Shown here piece after piece: positions 37,863 to 50,093 of a stretch of 64,000 bases of DNA. Every line of letters begins with the position of its first letter. Position 1 is the stretch's first letter. The position numbers were made by a program, and so were the translations under genes. Under the pieces are notes generated by a model. It did not search any database. It was given only the letters and a program-made list of their open reading frames with translations, and was not told the DNA's origin. Source of the DNA: Macrostomum lignano (taxonomy: Eukaryota); NCBI GenBank assembly GCA_002269645.1, contig NIVC01000647.1:1-64000 (forward strand), given 5' to 3'.

Positions 37863-39805
37863 AGGGCGCCTCCAATCTCGGGCACTGACACGGTAGAAAG
37901 TCAGAAAGGACTGAAAAAAGTCAATTTAAATTGAGTAGCCAATTTTTCGAAATTAAATTTCTTCGTCAGGGCTGTAAGCGAGTGAAGTTTATTTGGCGCG
38001 AATTGCCGTCAAAATATAAAGGCGATATCGCCAGGGAGAGACGATCGATAAATTGATGTGCTCAAGCACTTAAAACAGTGCGCATGGTCAGTACATTAAA
38101 ACGAGTCCGAGACTATGAGAAAAGCGGGGGGTGGCTAAAACTGTACAAGTGGGCCTAGACGACCTTTAAGTGTAGAATAAAAATTGCAAAAATAAATGGC
38201 GAAATAAATAGGTAAGGTAAATAAAAATAATTATTAAATGCTCAGAGCAAAAATGCAGGTGCACCGTACACAGTGTCAGAAAAATGAATAAAAAGCAGAA
38301 AATAAATAATCTGAATAAATCGAAATAAAGTCAATGAAAAAATCACAGAGGGGAAAATAGCAGTAAAGGAGCCTTTGTACAGCTGATCTCAATTGGCAGA
38401 AGCTGGTTCGAGCTGGCTGTGGCAGAGTAGATCCCGAAGGCTCCTCCCTTTAGTGAAGGCCGGCAGTACAGGGGCATCGCAGTGCTGTGCCACGCCGTCC
38501 CTCACCTTGGCAACCAGGGTGTCTGACCCAGCGCAGTGCGGCACAATCAGTGGGATCGCCGGATTGTGCAGCACCCCGGCCAGCTCGTTGGCGCCATGTG
38601 GGACCAGAGTTTTCAGGACCGCGATGAGTTTGGCCTCCTGGCGTTGACGTCGTTCATTGGCCTTGGGTCCAGAGCCGTCCCGCGTCCACACTCCGGTGAA
38701 GGCAAAGTCCTCGAGACTATGGCCATCGTTGCTGAAGTGGCGGGCCACCGGAGTGTCGCGTGCGTGCCTGATGTCGCCGACGTGCGCTAGCATGCGGGCC
38801 CGGATGCTGTTGACCGTCTCGCCGACGTAGACCGTGCAGCTGCAGCGGCGGCAGAACACGGTGTAGACAGCGTTGACCGAGTTGCAGTCGATCCTCTGGC
38901 TGATGGTGATCTTGACGGTCGTGGACGCGGATCCCGGGCAGACGGAGGTGAATCTGGCGTGCGCCTGGCAGCACTTGCACAGCCGGGCCGGGTTGCACGG
39001 CAGGAAGCCGAACTCCCACCGCCTTGTCGGGTAGAAACCCAGCCCCGCCAGCACCTCGTATTTGATATTGCGTAGAAAACGCCTGTTGTAGCCCTGGTGC
39101 TGCACCAGATTCGACAGCAGCTCGGTGCAGGCCGCGTCGAAGTCGACCATCCGGGAGCACCTGCGGGCGTATCTGATGAGCTGGGACTTGACCACACCCT
39201 TGAACGTCCGCCTCGGGTGGAATGAGTCGCGGTGGATAAGAGCTCGGCTGTCCGTGGGCTTGAAGAAGACTCTAGTCGCCAGACGCTTGGAGTCCCCCTC
39301 GCGGTCCCAGAAGACGGTGGTGTCCAGGAAGTTGACCTCGGTGCTGCTGTAGCTCAGCTGCAACCTGATGTTCGGGTCGAGGCCATCCAGGAGCTCGTGG
39401 AAGCGGACCAGCTCGTCTCTCGTTCCGTGCCAGACGCCGAAGATGTCGTCAATGTAGCGCAGCCACAGGGCGGGCTTCTGCGGGCTGAGCTCCAGGCCCC
39501 GCTGCTCCCAGTAGCCCATGTAGATGTTGCTGTAGCTGGGTGCAAACGACTTCCCCATGGCCGTGCCTTTCACTTGCAGGAAAAATTTGCCGTCGAATTC
39601 GAAGTCGTTGCGCTCCAGGTTAAGCTTGAGCAGACTGAGGAGACTCGCGTCTGGGCGCCTGGCATCCGGGTGCTCCCTGAAGGCCCTCTGTACGCACTCG
39701 AGTCCGGCCGCGGTCGGGATGTTGGTGTAAAGGCTGGCGACGTCCATGGTGAACAGGAAGGACTCCTCGGACGCCGCACAGGCGATCCCGCGGATGGCGG
39801 CTTGG
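37863..39805 (-). mobile_element. 5'-truncated Penelope-like retroelement (RT + GIY-YIG endonuclease)
   Basis: Stop-free ORF 39747-38389. RT motifs [16 protein letters not shown]...FAP, RYIDDIF, FLDTTV, FFKPTD; Cys-rich linker; GIY-YIG-type NAVYTVFC...YVGET...RMLAH. An AT-rich 3' region follows. Confidence 0.92.
37937..37973 (-). ncRNA. Minimal hammerhead-ribozyme-like motif at the 3' end of the Penelope-like element (possibly degenerate)
   Basis: Minus strand reads AGCC-CTGACGAA-GAAATTTAATTTC-GAAA-AATT-GGCT: core CUGANGA and GAAA, stem II GAAAT/ATTTC, stem I AGCC/GGCT. Confidence 0.5.
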
Positions 39806-39975
39806 AAGAGAGGGAGAGAGGGAGAGAGGGAGAGGCAGAGAGGGAGAGAGGGAGAGAGGGAGAGGCAGAGAGGGAGAGAGGGAGAGAGGGAGAGGCAGAG
39901 AGGGAGAGAGGGAGAGAGGGAGAGGCAGAGAGGCAGAGAGGCAGAGAGAGATGGAGAGAGAAAAAGAGGCAGACG

Positions 39976-40026
<51 letters not shown>

Positions 40027-41027
40027 AGGGAGAGAGGGAGAGAGGGATATAGGGAGAGAGGTAGAGAATGAGGCAGAGAGGCAAAGGCACAGTCAGAGGC
40101 AAGGCCAGAGAGAGTTCAAGCCAGAAAGCTTGGAGCAGGAGAGCAGAGCAAGGCGCAAAGATAGGGAATTGCCGATTTTTATGGGCGATGCAGAGAGACA
40201 GACAGAGTGAGGGAAATAAGCGAAAGCGAGAGATTCGAAACATCCGGAAGTAGAATGGGTGCAACTCTGATCAGTTCAACGGATTGAAATGCAAACAAGC
40301 CGAACTTGACGAGCGCAGGCCCATGGTTTTCCAAAGCCCTCAATCTTCGTCTGCGTGCCCTGGCTGGTGTTACCGTCAATATTCAAAAAGTAAAGCACAA
40401 CCGGTGTTGCGCAGGTGGTAATCAGGATCTTCCTCCAGGACCGCACCAGGGGTATTCCGTGATCCGCCAAGGCAACGCTTTCCTCCAGATGGGTTTGATC
40501 CATTTTCATTTTACCCTCAACTGCGTCTCCCACCAGAAGGCACGCCTATGTCCCCCTTGGTGCTTTATTGACCTTTTTCTCCCGCGCGACGCGGTGGTAA
40601 CTGACGTGCCCGGCTGCACGCAAACCCGAGCTGGGGATCCGGAATGAGATGCGGGGTTGGGGGTTAACGATCTGTGTGGCAAAGACTGATTGTAGCTGTT
40701 AGCGATTTTAGGTCTTCTATATATTTATGCACTTTTAGCTGCAATTCAAATCCTGGCTATATGATCATTGTAAACTTTCTGTCAATTAACTTTAATCATA
40801 ATAAACTGTTGAACTGTTGGATCGGTTGGAAGCGTTATCAAACTGAATTCAACTGCTCATTTTGTGCTTGTTTGAATGAAACAAGCGCTTAAACCAGGCT
40901 GGCGTTTTGAAGAACGTTTTTCATGAATTTTAACCATATAATGAGAAGTATAGAATCTCCTCCTTTTCCCAGTGTGGCTAAGGAAAAAGAAGCCTTTTTT
41001 CCATAGACATACTGGGAAAAAGGAAGA

Positions 41028-43311
41028 CAAGGACAACTTAATAACTCAGGACCGGAAACGAACCAATTCATGGCGAAAAAGTATGAGGCTCGTTTAAAAG
41101 CATTGTTCTATGGCCCATCCGTATGCGCATGCTTTCAGTTGCCAATGTATACTCGTATCATATTTGACTTTTTGATAGGCAGTCAGAAGGCGGGTGCAGG
41201 GTCGTTTTTCTTAAATGTTGAATAGTTTTATTACATAAAGTAACCGTCGTGAAAATACACAATGGGAAAGCTGTACACGCAGCACATGTATAAGGAAACT
41301 CGAGAAAAATTTACGATTCTTTCTTCATCTGAACTACAAACAGAGAGGAAAATAACAGTCACAGAACGGGACAAGAGCTGACTATGATAATTAGTGAAGT
41401 GTTTGCTCCAGGTTCGCTCACTGTCCACTCAGCTTCAGTATTTTTCTATCGTGCACTTTATCCGGTGAAGGAGCGCTATTTGCTCCTCGTTGAACATAAC
41501 CCTTGAAGAAACAGTTGGTGAGGCGCACGCAGCATCCCAGAACATCTGCTTCAGGGAAGTAAAACTCGCCAACGGCAGCAAACAATTTGCGCACTCGCAA
41601 AGCACATTACGGTGATCGCAGCGAAATGAAGCATCCGAAACAAAGGCAAGCAAAATTGAACAGCCACTTTGGCGGGTGCTTCAACTTTCCCCGGGAAATC
41701 ATTTCAGTGAATTCACCGAGCGGGGTGTTTAAATTTTCGGCAGTATCATCACCGGCAATTTTCTCCTTAAACGTTATGTAGCCTGAAATGGTATTATTAT
41801 GCCTCAGTTGTCCTTCGCCTCAGCAATCGTTATTTCCATCCAAGTTCAAGTAACACAAATGCATGCCTTACCTGCAATATAATAAACAGATGCCTTTTCG
41901 GCCATTGATAGGCTCTCAGCTTTGACGTAGCAGTCATCGAGCGTCGAAAGTTCTTCGTCTGAAAGGGGCGTGTCGCAGCAAAGTCCTTTGTTGTGCACGA
42001 ATCCATCCAGCTGTAACACTGTGTAGAGTTTCATTCGTCGGAGTCGAGCGCTGAGAAGAACTTGCTCTACTGAGATAAAGTAATTGCCTCCGCTCATTTG
42101 GCGATAAACACCAAATTCTGCTTCCAGAGGATCACTTTGCAACTCCGCTATGAGAATGTACGTTGCACCAGATTCGCAGAGCAGTCGTTCGCATAGTTCT
42201 ATGATTGCATGAATAGTGTAAGCTAATGACCTCTTCGTCTCTGACGTCAGAGATTGGTGTCTTGTTCTTCCCTTTCCACTGCGCATCTCCTCAATCGATT
42301 CGCAAAGCGCGCGCAGGAACTTGATGTTTGGATCTTGAACTGAATAGACAGCCCGTCTGTCTGGGTCATTAAGTCTAACATGAAGATGCGGGTTCTTGCA
42401 GTTCACAATTTTCCAGAATTTTGAAATTACGTCAATGAATGCAGCTGTTCCATTCTTCCCGTCGCATTTTAGGGCGGCAGCAACATTGTCGCAGAAAACT
42501 TGAAGAGCCAAATTGACTTTAGTCTTTTGGACATTTGTTGGGAAACACGCTTCGTATGTAATGCCTGTACGCTTAACAATGTGATTTGCTTCAGATTTAT
42601 ACAGTTCTACAATGTCTGACCACTTAGCCGTGACGACTGTTGTAGACTTGGGCAAACGAATGGTTAGCATTCCATCAGACTCAGTCTGCCAATTGTTCCG
42701 AATTTACTTCAAAAGGTGTACAACATCATGGAGCAAAAAGAAAGTAGACTCCTGTGATTCAGATTTGCCGATCCAAGGTTTTTTCTGTTGAGCAGCAAAC
42801 ATCGAGAAGCACTTTCTGTTTGTGGGATGGTTGTCACACACAAGCGCTACATGTTGATTGACGAGTTGAATGCACACGCCCATGTAGTCTGTCACGGTCT
42901 AAACAACAACAAAATTGTTAATGAATTCATGTGGCCAGGCTAAATCTGATTCACAAAGCACATTTGAAGAAATTCTTACCGTCAGTTGATTAGGCAGAGA
43001 CAGTCGCCAAGCCTCTCGTTCAGTTGCATCTTTAGGAAACGAAAATACTGCAACATTCCGATCACGGTTACTATTGTAGTTTGCACAACAGAAAATGACG
43101 CTGCATTTTCTCGGCATGATATTTAGTTTCAGCAAGAATAAAAGTTCTCTCTCTCAATTGCAAGTGCATGCGAAGAACTCAATTTTCAGCTCAGATTTCT
43201 TCGCTTTCGTAGCACACGGATGGGCCATAGAACAATGCTTTTAAACGAGCCTCATACTTTTTTCGCCATGAATTGGCTCGTTTCCGGTCCTGAGTTATTA
43301 AGTTGTCCTTG
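41028..43311 (-). mobile_element. P-element superfamily (THAP9-like) DNA transposon, internally deleted, 2284 bp
   Basis: TIRs 41028-41122 and 43216-43311 start CAAGG and differ by one mismatch and one indel. Perfect 8-bp TSD AAGGAAGA at 41020-41027 and 43312-43319. Confidence 0.93.
41418..43117 (-). pseudogene. P-type transposase pseudogene (THAP N-terminus fused to C-terminal catalytic part)
   Basis: THAP-like MPRKCSVIFC...FSFPKD...W. Introns 42899-42979 and 41783-41871. Motifs VCDN, HDVVHLLK*IRNNW, LQSDPLEAEFGVYRQMSGGN, VYYIAGYI, SRGKLKHP. In-frame TAA stops at 42704 and 41607. Confidence 0.85.
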
Positions 43312-43619
43312 AAGGAAGAGAAAATATTTAACCTACTGCTGAAAGCATCAATATCCAGTACAGTTGGCCTATGGCACAAGCTATGTGACCGAGTGGCTAA
43401 AGTGTTGTGAATCTAACAACAGTCCATCCAATATTTTTTCGTCCTGTTCATACATTAGTATATTCTACATCACAATTGAAGATGCTCTAGTGTTAAGATA
43501 TTTTGAAAGTAAAGAATCCTTTGCAACGAATCCTGCTGCTGGTAGTCACCCGTCGGCTGGCACAGCTCGAAGGGTATTGTTCGTGAATAACTGCTCCCCT
43601 AACTGGAGTGACTGAAAGA

Positions 43620-43732
43620 TACACTAATCAGTCTCTATGCGAGACTTGCACAAGTACTCTACACGTGCTGGCTTCGCTAGAGAGGACATCGCTCGTGTTA
43701 CAGGGCACTCTTCGACAGCTATTGAGCGCTAT
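43620..43732 (+). mobile_element. Degenerate tyrosine-recombinase (Crypton-like) C-terminal fragment
   Basis: Across one frameshift it reads YTNQSLCETCTSTLH-AGFAREDIARVTGHSSTAIERY, matching the YTNHSLRAT...AG...TGH.S...Y pattern. Confidence 0.5.
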
Positions 43733-45450
43733 AGTCAGTTTGACGCACAAGACCATGTTGAAGTATCACATGCTCTTCAATCTGGTGGTCAGTCATCAAG
43801 TCCGTCTCTTGAAACCGAGTCGGAACAAAGCAACGTAGTGAGTGAGTGCAGAGAAAATGAGGCTTAAAATCAATTAAAATGGTAAAACCAACACTGTTGA
43901 AATCGGTTTCGAGTGAATGCTTACAAGACGCTTCAATTGCTCACTATGTTCAACTTCTTGTTTTCTTATAGTTTACATTTGTTAAATACAACTCTAGAAG
44001 GACCACAGATTCTGTGGATTCTGTGATTCTAAGAAATGGTTCTCAGTCCTTTTACAACCGATAAATTACCATAGAAGTTGCTAATTGTTCCTCGGGAAAT
44101 GGATGAGACTCGGAAAGAGGCGAGAAATGCACTTTCTATGGGTTAGCATAGCTAACATAGCTTATAACTAAATTTGATTATCAAGACCAGGAGTAATGCT
44201 CCTGCTCTGAGTTGGAGAAACTGCTCAGAGCTGAGAAACAGCTTGCATCCCTGCCAAGGTCCAAGGACCAACACAACTATATAAAATACAAATTAAAAGT
44301 CCTTTAACGATCAATTTAAAAGGTCAAGTGCAATAATTGATTTTGCGATGAAAGAAATTATTTTTTTCCTATCTCCGCAGTGTCTCTTTTTCAAAGAAAT
44401 TGGCCTCCTAGAAATTACACGATCTTTGAGTTTTACGTACTGATATAATAGGTACAGTGGTCCTTGCCAATGTCATGCACAAAACTCAAAAGCGTTGCTG
44501 GGCGATGCTTTTTGATATGCTGTTTGATTCTGCACAGGCTATAGAAGTAAGCACCACCTGGTAAATAATCTACATGTACACAAAAGTTTGTAGTCAAATG
44601 AAAGACAAGATTTTCCACTTTCCAATGACTTTAAACTTGTTGAATTTTAGGCATGCATTAAAAACTCTGCAAGAAAAAAGTATCGCTACTTTTTGGGACA
44701 CCTTTCATAATCATTAGGCACTGTGTGCACAGTCTGTGTCTCGCTGGTTGGGCCATCAATGGGCAAGAGTTGCAACTTCAAGCCAGGCCAGTTTTTGTGC
44801 TCGAACCGCGAGAGTCGTAGGAGCTGCTCTGCCCGGACAAAGACATGTACAGTTAGCCAGGCTTTTCTTGATACTTGATCTTAGCTTCCCAGAATTGTCA
44901 AAGCATGGACCACTAGAAGCCAGTTACGAGTGTTACGTCCAGATACAACGGTGACTTCTAATGGTCCTCGGTCCTACACAGTTTTCTACTGTCTACTTTA
45001 AGTAGTGCAGACAAGTTATAAACATTTCGAATGCCTTCGGTCGAGGTGCGACCAGCGAGCAAAAGACGAGCTTTGATGAAACAGCTGCCAAATTGATGGA
45101 AAATCCCGCTACCGCTGCTGATATTACACCTTATTTTAGAGCTACTACTAATGCAAAAGAAAATTACGAGTAGCTTCAATAATTTTGCTAGGCTCGAATT
45201 TTTCCTGGTATTTTATTTTTTAGCTTCAATCTGCTGAATACGAGTGTATCTACTCAGAAGTCAACTTGAGTTTAAATTAGTGCGAGAAAGACAGACAGAC
45301 AGACTTACCAAAAATAAAGATGCAAAAATAAAACTATTTAATTGGTTCAGCAAAGTTGTTCCATCGTTATTTTTTATCTAACATTCCTTATTTATATCTT
45401 TTCCATAAGTTATTTGCCACTGATTTATTATGACTTTTTCGTCTTTTTCG

Positions 45451-46205
45451 TTAGTTTCTTCTTAAAACTGGTCTCTCAGTCGTAGTATTTGACGCTTCAG
45501 CGGTCTCTGGAGTTCGTTCAATAGGTTGAAAAATCGTAGTCTTTGAGGCTTCAGCGGTCTCTTGAGATCGTTGAGTATGTTGGACAGTCGTAGTATTTGA
45601 CGCTTCACTGCTGGTCTCTGGAGCTCGTAGAGTAGGTTCGACAATCGTAGTATTTGAGGCTTCAGAGGTCTCTTGAGCTCGTAGAGTAGGTCCGACAATC
45701 GTAGTATTTGAGGCTTCAGAGGTCTCTGGAGCTCGTAGAGTAGGTTCGACAATCGTAGTATTTGACGCTTCCGTGGTCTCTGGAGCTCGTTGAGTAGGTC
45801 CGACAGTCGTAGTATTTGAGGCTTCAGAGGTCTCTGGAGCTCGTAGAGTAGGTTCGACAATCGTAGTATTTGACGCTTCCGTGGTCTCTGGAGCTCGTTG
45901 AGTAGGTCCGACAATCGTAGTATTTGACGCTTCCGTGGTCTCTGGAGCTCGTTGAGTAGGTCCGACAATCGTAGTATTTGAGGCTTCAGAGGTCTCTGGA
46001 GCTCGTAGAGTAGGTCCGACAGTCGTAGTATTTGACGCTTCCGTGGTCTCTGGAGCTCGTTGAGTAGGTTGGACAGTCGTAGTATTTGACGCATCGGTCG
46101 TCGCTAGAGCTCGTTGAGTAGGTTCGACAGTCGTAGTAACTGACGCATCAGTGGTCGCTGGAGCTCGTTGAGTGGGTTGGACAGTACTAGCCCAAGGTTT
46201 GGAAT
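45451..46205 (-). CDS. Putative terminal exon of a mucin-like Thr/Pro-rich protein, about 13 x 18-aa repeats (VGPTQRAPETTEASNTTT)
   Basis: 54-bp tandem repeat. An open minus-strand frame runs from acceptor CATTCTAG|AT at 46205 to TAA at 45451; it is absent from the ORF track because it has no start codon. Upstream exons unresolved. Confidence 0.45.
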
Positions 46206-46885
46206 CTAGAATGCGACGTATTTATAGCGTAACTCGATTGCCGGCAGGTTGTGGCACGCAATTTTCAACATTTCAAGCAAAAATAAAAATTTAATTTAAA
46301 AAGAGAAAATTCGTTCGGGTTGGGGTTATTGTTCGCATCCTGATCAACGGCCGTGCGATTGCAATCCATGCCCAGCACACTTGAAGACTCTTTAGTGTCC
46401 TTAAGAACGAGATCAGCTTCTGCGCCGCAGAGCCATGTTGCAAGAACGCTACTGAAAGGATAATTCGTATTATCAGCACCCCCCAGGCGGCTCTGAGATG
46501 TCCTGTTGAAAAGACATCCGGGCCATCACCATGACCCTCACGGTCGAGACATGCGAGACACTTTTTCCTCCGAGAGACCTCCGGAGCGAACTTTGCCCCT
46601 TCTGAGGTCTAGACAAAGAGACGTCCAGCATTTCGTCCGCCAATGTCTTTAACAACGATCCGCTGCACTACCTCGGGCCAAACCCATCCTTGGATGAGAT
46701 CTGCAAACCCGGGAACATTTCTCGGCTTTTCAGGCAACTAGACGAGCCTCTTTTTTCCCTAGCAAAGAGCACGCTCCAAGAAGGCCCACCGGCCTTCTTT
46801 GACTTGGCCCGCGCCTTGATCCTCATTAACGGAATGGGCAATTCCCACCTCCTCGCTGTGTCTTCGGACCGCCCTACAGCTAATG

Positions 46886-47202
46886 GTGGGGTCGGCAAAC
46901 TCCGGACACTTGTGGGTCCGGCCCTCGGGTCCTTTAAAACTTCACAATAGCAATCCAGTCCACTCAAGGTTTGTATCTTTCAGCTCTCTCTCTTTTTTTC
47001 AGGCTTGTCTCTCCTCTCTCCTTTTTTCTCTCTCCGCTTCTCTCTTATCTTTTAACTTTTCTCTCATCGCGTCTCTGGCCCCCTATCTATTCTTTCATCT
47101 CTCATTTTCTATTCCCTCTCCTTTCCGCTCTCATCAGACCCGGAGCCATGAGCTGGATCCCTTATTTGGCCCATGAGGTTAAAAACAGTTTGCCAGCCCC
47201 TG
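46886..47202. mobile_element. hAT-type MITE; paralogous copy at about 55797-56183
   Basis: Degenerate TIRs GGGGTCGGCAAAC...GTTTGCCAGCCCCTG around a CT-rich interior. Confidence 0.6.
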
Positions 47203-48564
47203 CAGCCAAGTCAAGCTAAGTCAAAACAAAATTGCTTTCAGCTCGTCAAGGAGCATCATAGCAGAGCGCTTTGCCTTTGCTTTTGCCTTGCGAGTTCAGC
47301 ATGACGGCGACAGCCTAAAAGCTTGGAAGCTTCTCGTCGTCACCTAACCCGGTGATTGATTTTTGGTGCAAACTTCATAGTATGTATAATACGCTCGTAC
47401 CTAAATGAATGACAGCTTTCAGGAAAGTAGATACTTACTGGCAAACGGCGTTGTCCGGGGAGCTGCTGAAGCCGCAACAACGAGCGAAGCAACAAAAAAC
47501 AAAACTTGATGTCGCATTTTTCAGGAGGACAGAGCGCTCGTGTAACAGAGTTCTAGCTTGTCTCACAATTTACAAATTTGTAACTACATTTATACTGCAC
47601 GTCTTTTCCCCAATTCTTTTAGGCACAAGTTTTCACATGTGTTTAGAACTCAGGGCAAATTTTAATTGATCACAAAGTTTCGTAAGAAATTGATCTATTT
47701 TGATACAGGTGGCAATGCTAATTAACTTCTTCCAGTTGAATATCTAAGAGTAAAAACGTTTTTGGTATGAGCGAGATTATTCTCCCCGAATACACTTCAT
47801 TTTGTACTTTCGAGTTTAGAAAAAATTTAAACGAAAAAAATATGTTGGCACGCGATATGCAAGTGTTGGTCTAGAATGGATAGAATGGTTTATTATGGAT
47901 TAACACCAAGAAACTCGTATTACTGTTTCGAATTCTCAAATTGGATAGGCAACGAAAAAGGATATTTTAAAATAAACCTTGTACAGTCGCTCTTGTTAGT
48001 AATCTCAGCTATTCTCCAAGAGTCACAGCATTTCACTAATTCTCCCATGAGCCTTGAAATCATAGCAATTCTGAGTTTCGGAGTTTCATGTATTTCTGAG
48101 TTTTGGAAGATGTTTCTATTTCTACATGTATTTCTGAGTTTTGACAGGTGTTTTTACACGTCTCTGAGTTTCGACAGGTGTTGCGACATTTTTGTATACA
48201 GAAGAACCTTCAATTGGTTAAGAACGTATTTTGCGTGTAAAGAACATTTAAATGTATTTTAAATCTATTATTGAAGCAATTTTAAGGATAAGAAGCATAA
48301 CTAAACATCAATCCCGAATTACCGACATTTCACTCACACAGGTGTGACCGTGGGCAACTAACTAAAGTGCATGGAGCAGTTTTTCTCTGTAAAAACCTTT
48401 TTAAAGCTAGGAATTGGAGTTTAAGGATAAAGTTTTACTAAAGTTATTTCCATAAGCATGTAGTCCAATGAGTGATCAGTACTGTTTTTGTCCTTTAAAA
48501 TTTGCAAGATTTGTGAGTGTACTTTTAGCTTCCGCCGTTCGCTAAGAGTTTACTTGCCCTAGCG

Positions 48565-48934
48565 CAGGGGTCGGCAAAATTTTTTACTTCAAGGGCCACA
48601 TGGAGTACCTAACGCATGACTGAGGGCCAGAGGGGAGAGAGGAGAGGGAATAGAGAAGAGAGAAGACAAATGGGAGATAAGAGAAGTGAGGGAATAAAGG
48701 AGAAGAGAGGAGAGGAGAGATCAAATAGAAGTGGAGAGAGGAGTAGAGAGGACAGTAAAGAAGGGAGAGAAAAGAAGGGAAAGGAGAGAAGAGAAAAGAG
48801 AAGACAGGAGATTAGACAGAAGGGAGCTGAAAGAGACAGAAACCTTGAGTGGACCGGATCATTGCTGTTGTGAAGTTTCAAAGGACCGAGGGCCGGATAG
48901 AGAGGCTTTAGGGACAGGAGATTGCTGACCCCTG
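48565..48934. mobile_element. hAT-type MITE; paralogous copy at 58199-58568
   Basis: TIRs CAGGGGTCGGCAA / TTGCTGACCCCTG. Flanks CCCTAGCG / CTCTAGTG are consistent with a decayed 8-bp TSD. Confidence 0.7.
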
Positions 48935-48968
48935 CTCTAGTGCGAACCTCCCCCCATCCCACCATGGC

Positions 48969-50093
48969 TCAAAAATCATTCCGAGCGTGAATGCTGTCGT
49001 AAATGACTCCGTCAACGCCCCACTCTCGCTGGAGTCGGCGGAACTCCGACGAGTTATTCGCCGGGCCCCAGGTTAAACAACGCAGCTTGCGGCGTTTGCA
49101 ATCGATAATAAACTCTCGACCGGGTTCCGTAACGTTTCTGCCGTCTTCCATTGACTCCACCTTGGGCGGCTGCAGCTCCTCGGAGCGGATGGCCACGCCT
49201 TGCAGCTTGGCTGAGGCCGCAAACTTGAGTCCTGAGCGTCCGTTTAGGCCGTGCACTTCAGTGTACTTGTGGCCCTCCTTGTGGTTCAGCAGGAACACCG
49301 TGGGATACTCCGGGTGCAGGCGACGCAAGGCCAGACAGACGTCGGACACGAAGCAGGAATAGAAGATTCGCCTGCGACTGCCGTTGCTTAGCAACCGGAC
49401 TGAGTCTACTATGGTGGATACGTAGTCCATTAGATCCCAGTGAAATTCCGGACAAAGGCTGGCGCCTGTCTGTGGGAAATCATTGGGATAGTATGACCAG
49501 GTGGATTCGTGGTGGTCGGATACATGAGAGCCTATTAGAACTCCATTAGAGAAACTACGGTCTGCCAGATGAATCCCTCTTTTGGAGGCACAAACTTTCG
49601 CTTGGACACCTGCAGCATCCCAAGGCCTAAGACATAGGCTCCAACTACTTCAATACAGACTCACCTTGTACTGCCTTGGATACTTAATCTCAATGTCAAA
49701 TCCCAGCTCATCTGGCAGCAGCCGGAAGAACGACTCCAAAGTGGAGTACTGGTGCTCATCCGGTCCACAGCCGTCTTCCTCATTGATAGCCTGCAGTTCA
49801 GCCAGCGTCAAGTTGCCAACGAATCTGCCGTCGTCGGTGTAGAAATTGTGATGAATAATTGGCACTCGGTCTTTGCTCAGCTGCACGTCGAACTCAACAA
49901 AGTGTCCGCCGGCAGCGTGAGTTGCCAGCATCGAGCGCAGCGTGTTTTCTCGAATTCTGTCCGGCAACGGTAGGCCGAGCTCCGAGCAGCGCCGCCTATG
50001 CAGCTCCTGCTCCTGACAGGTGCCAACACCTCGGTGGCCCATCAGCAGCATTTGACTGCCATCGCTTGGTGGAGCCAGTGGGTCCGCCGACAT
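48969..50093 (-). CDS. Glycerophosphodiester phosphodiesterase (GDPD domain, GDE5/GPCPD1-like), copy 1, two exons
   Basis: Motifs GHRG, ENT, VEFDVQLSKD, IIHH, DIEIKYP; donor at 49664. Exon 2 has FYSCF, LTWG, GVDGVIYD. Exact acceptor uncertain. Confidence 0.85.

Noticed and set aside
45462-46094. Track ORF RQILRLSDLLNELQRP, which looks LRR/coiled-coil-like
   Set aside because: Alternative frame of the 54-bp array; the Thr/Pro-rich frame has a splice acceptor and matches the paralogue ORF.
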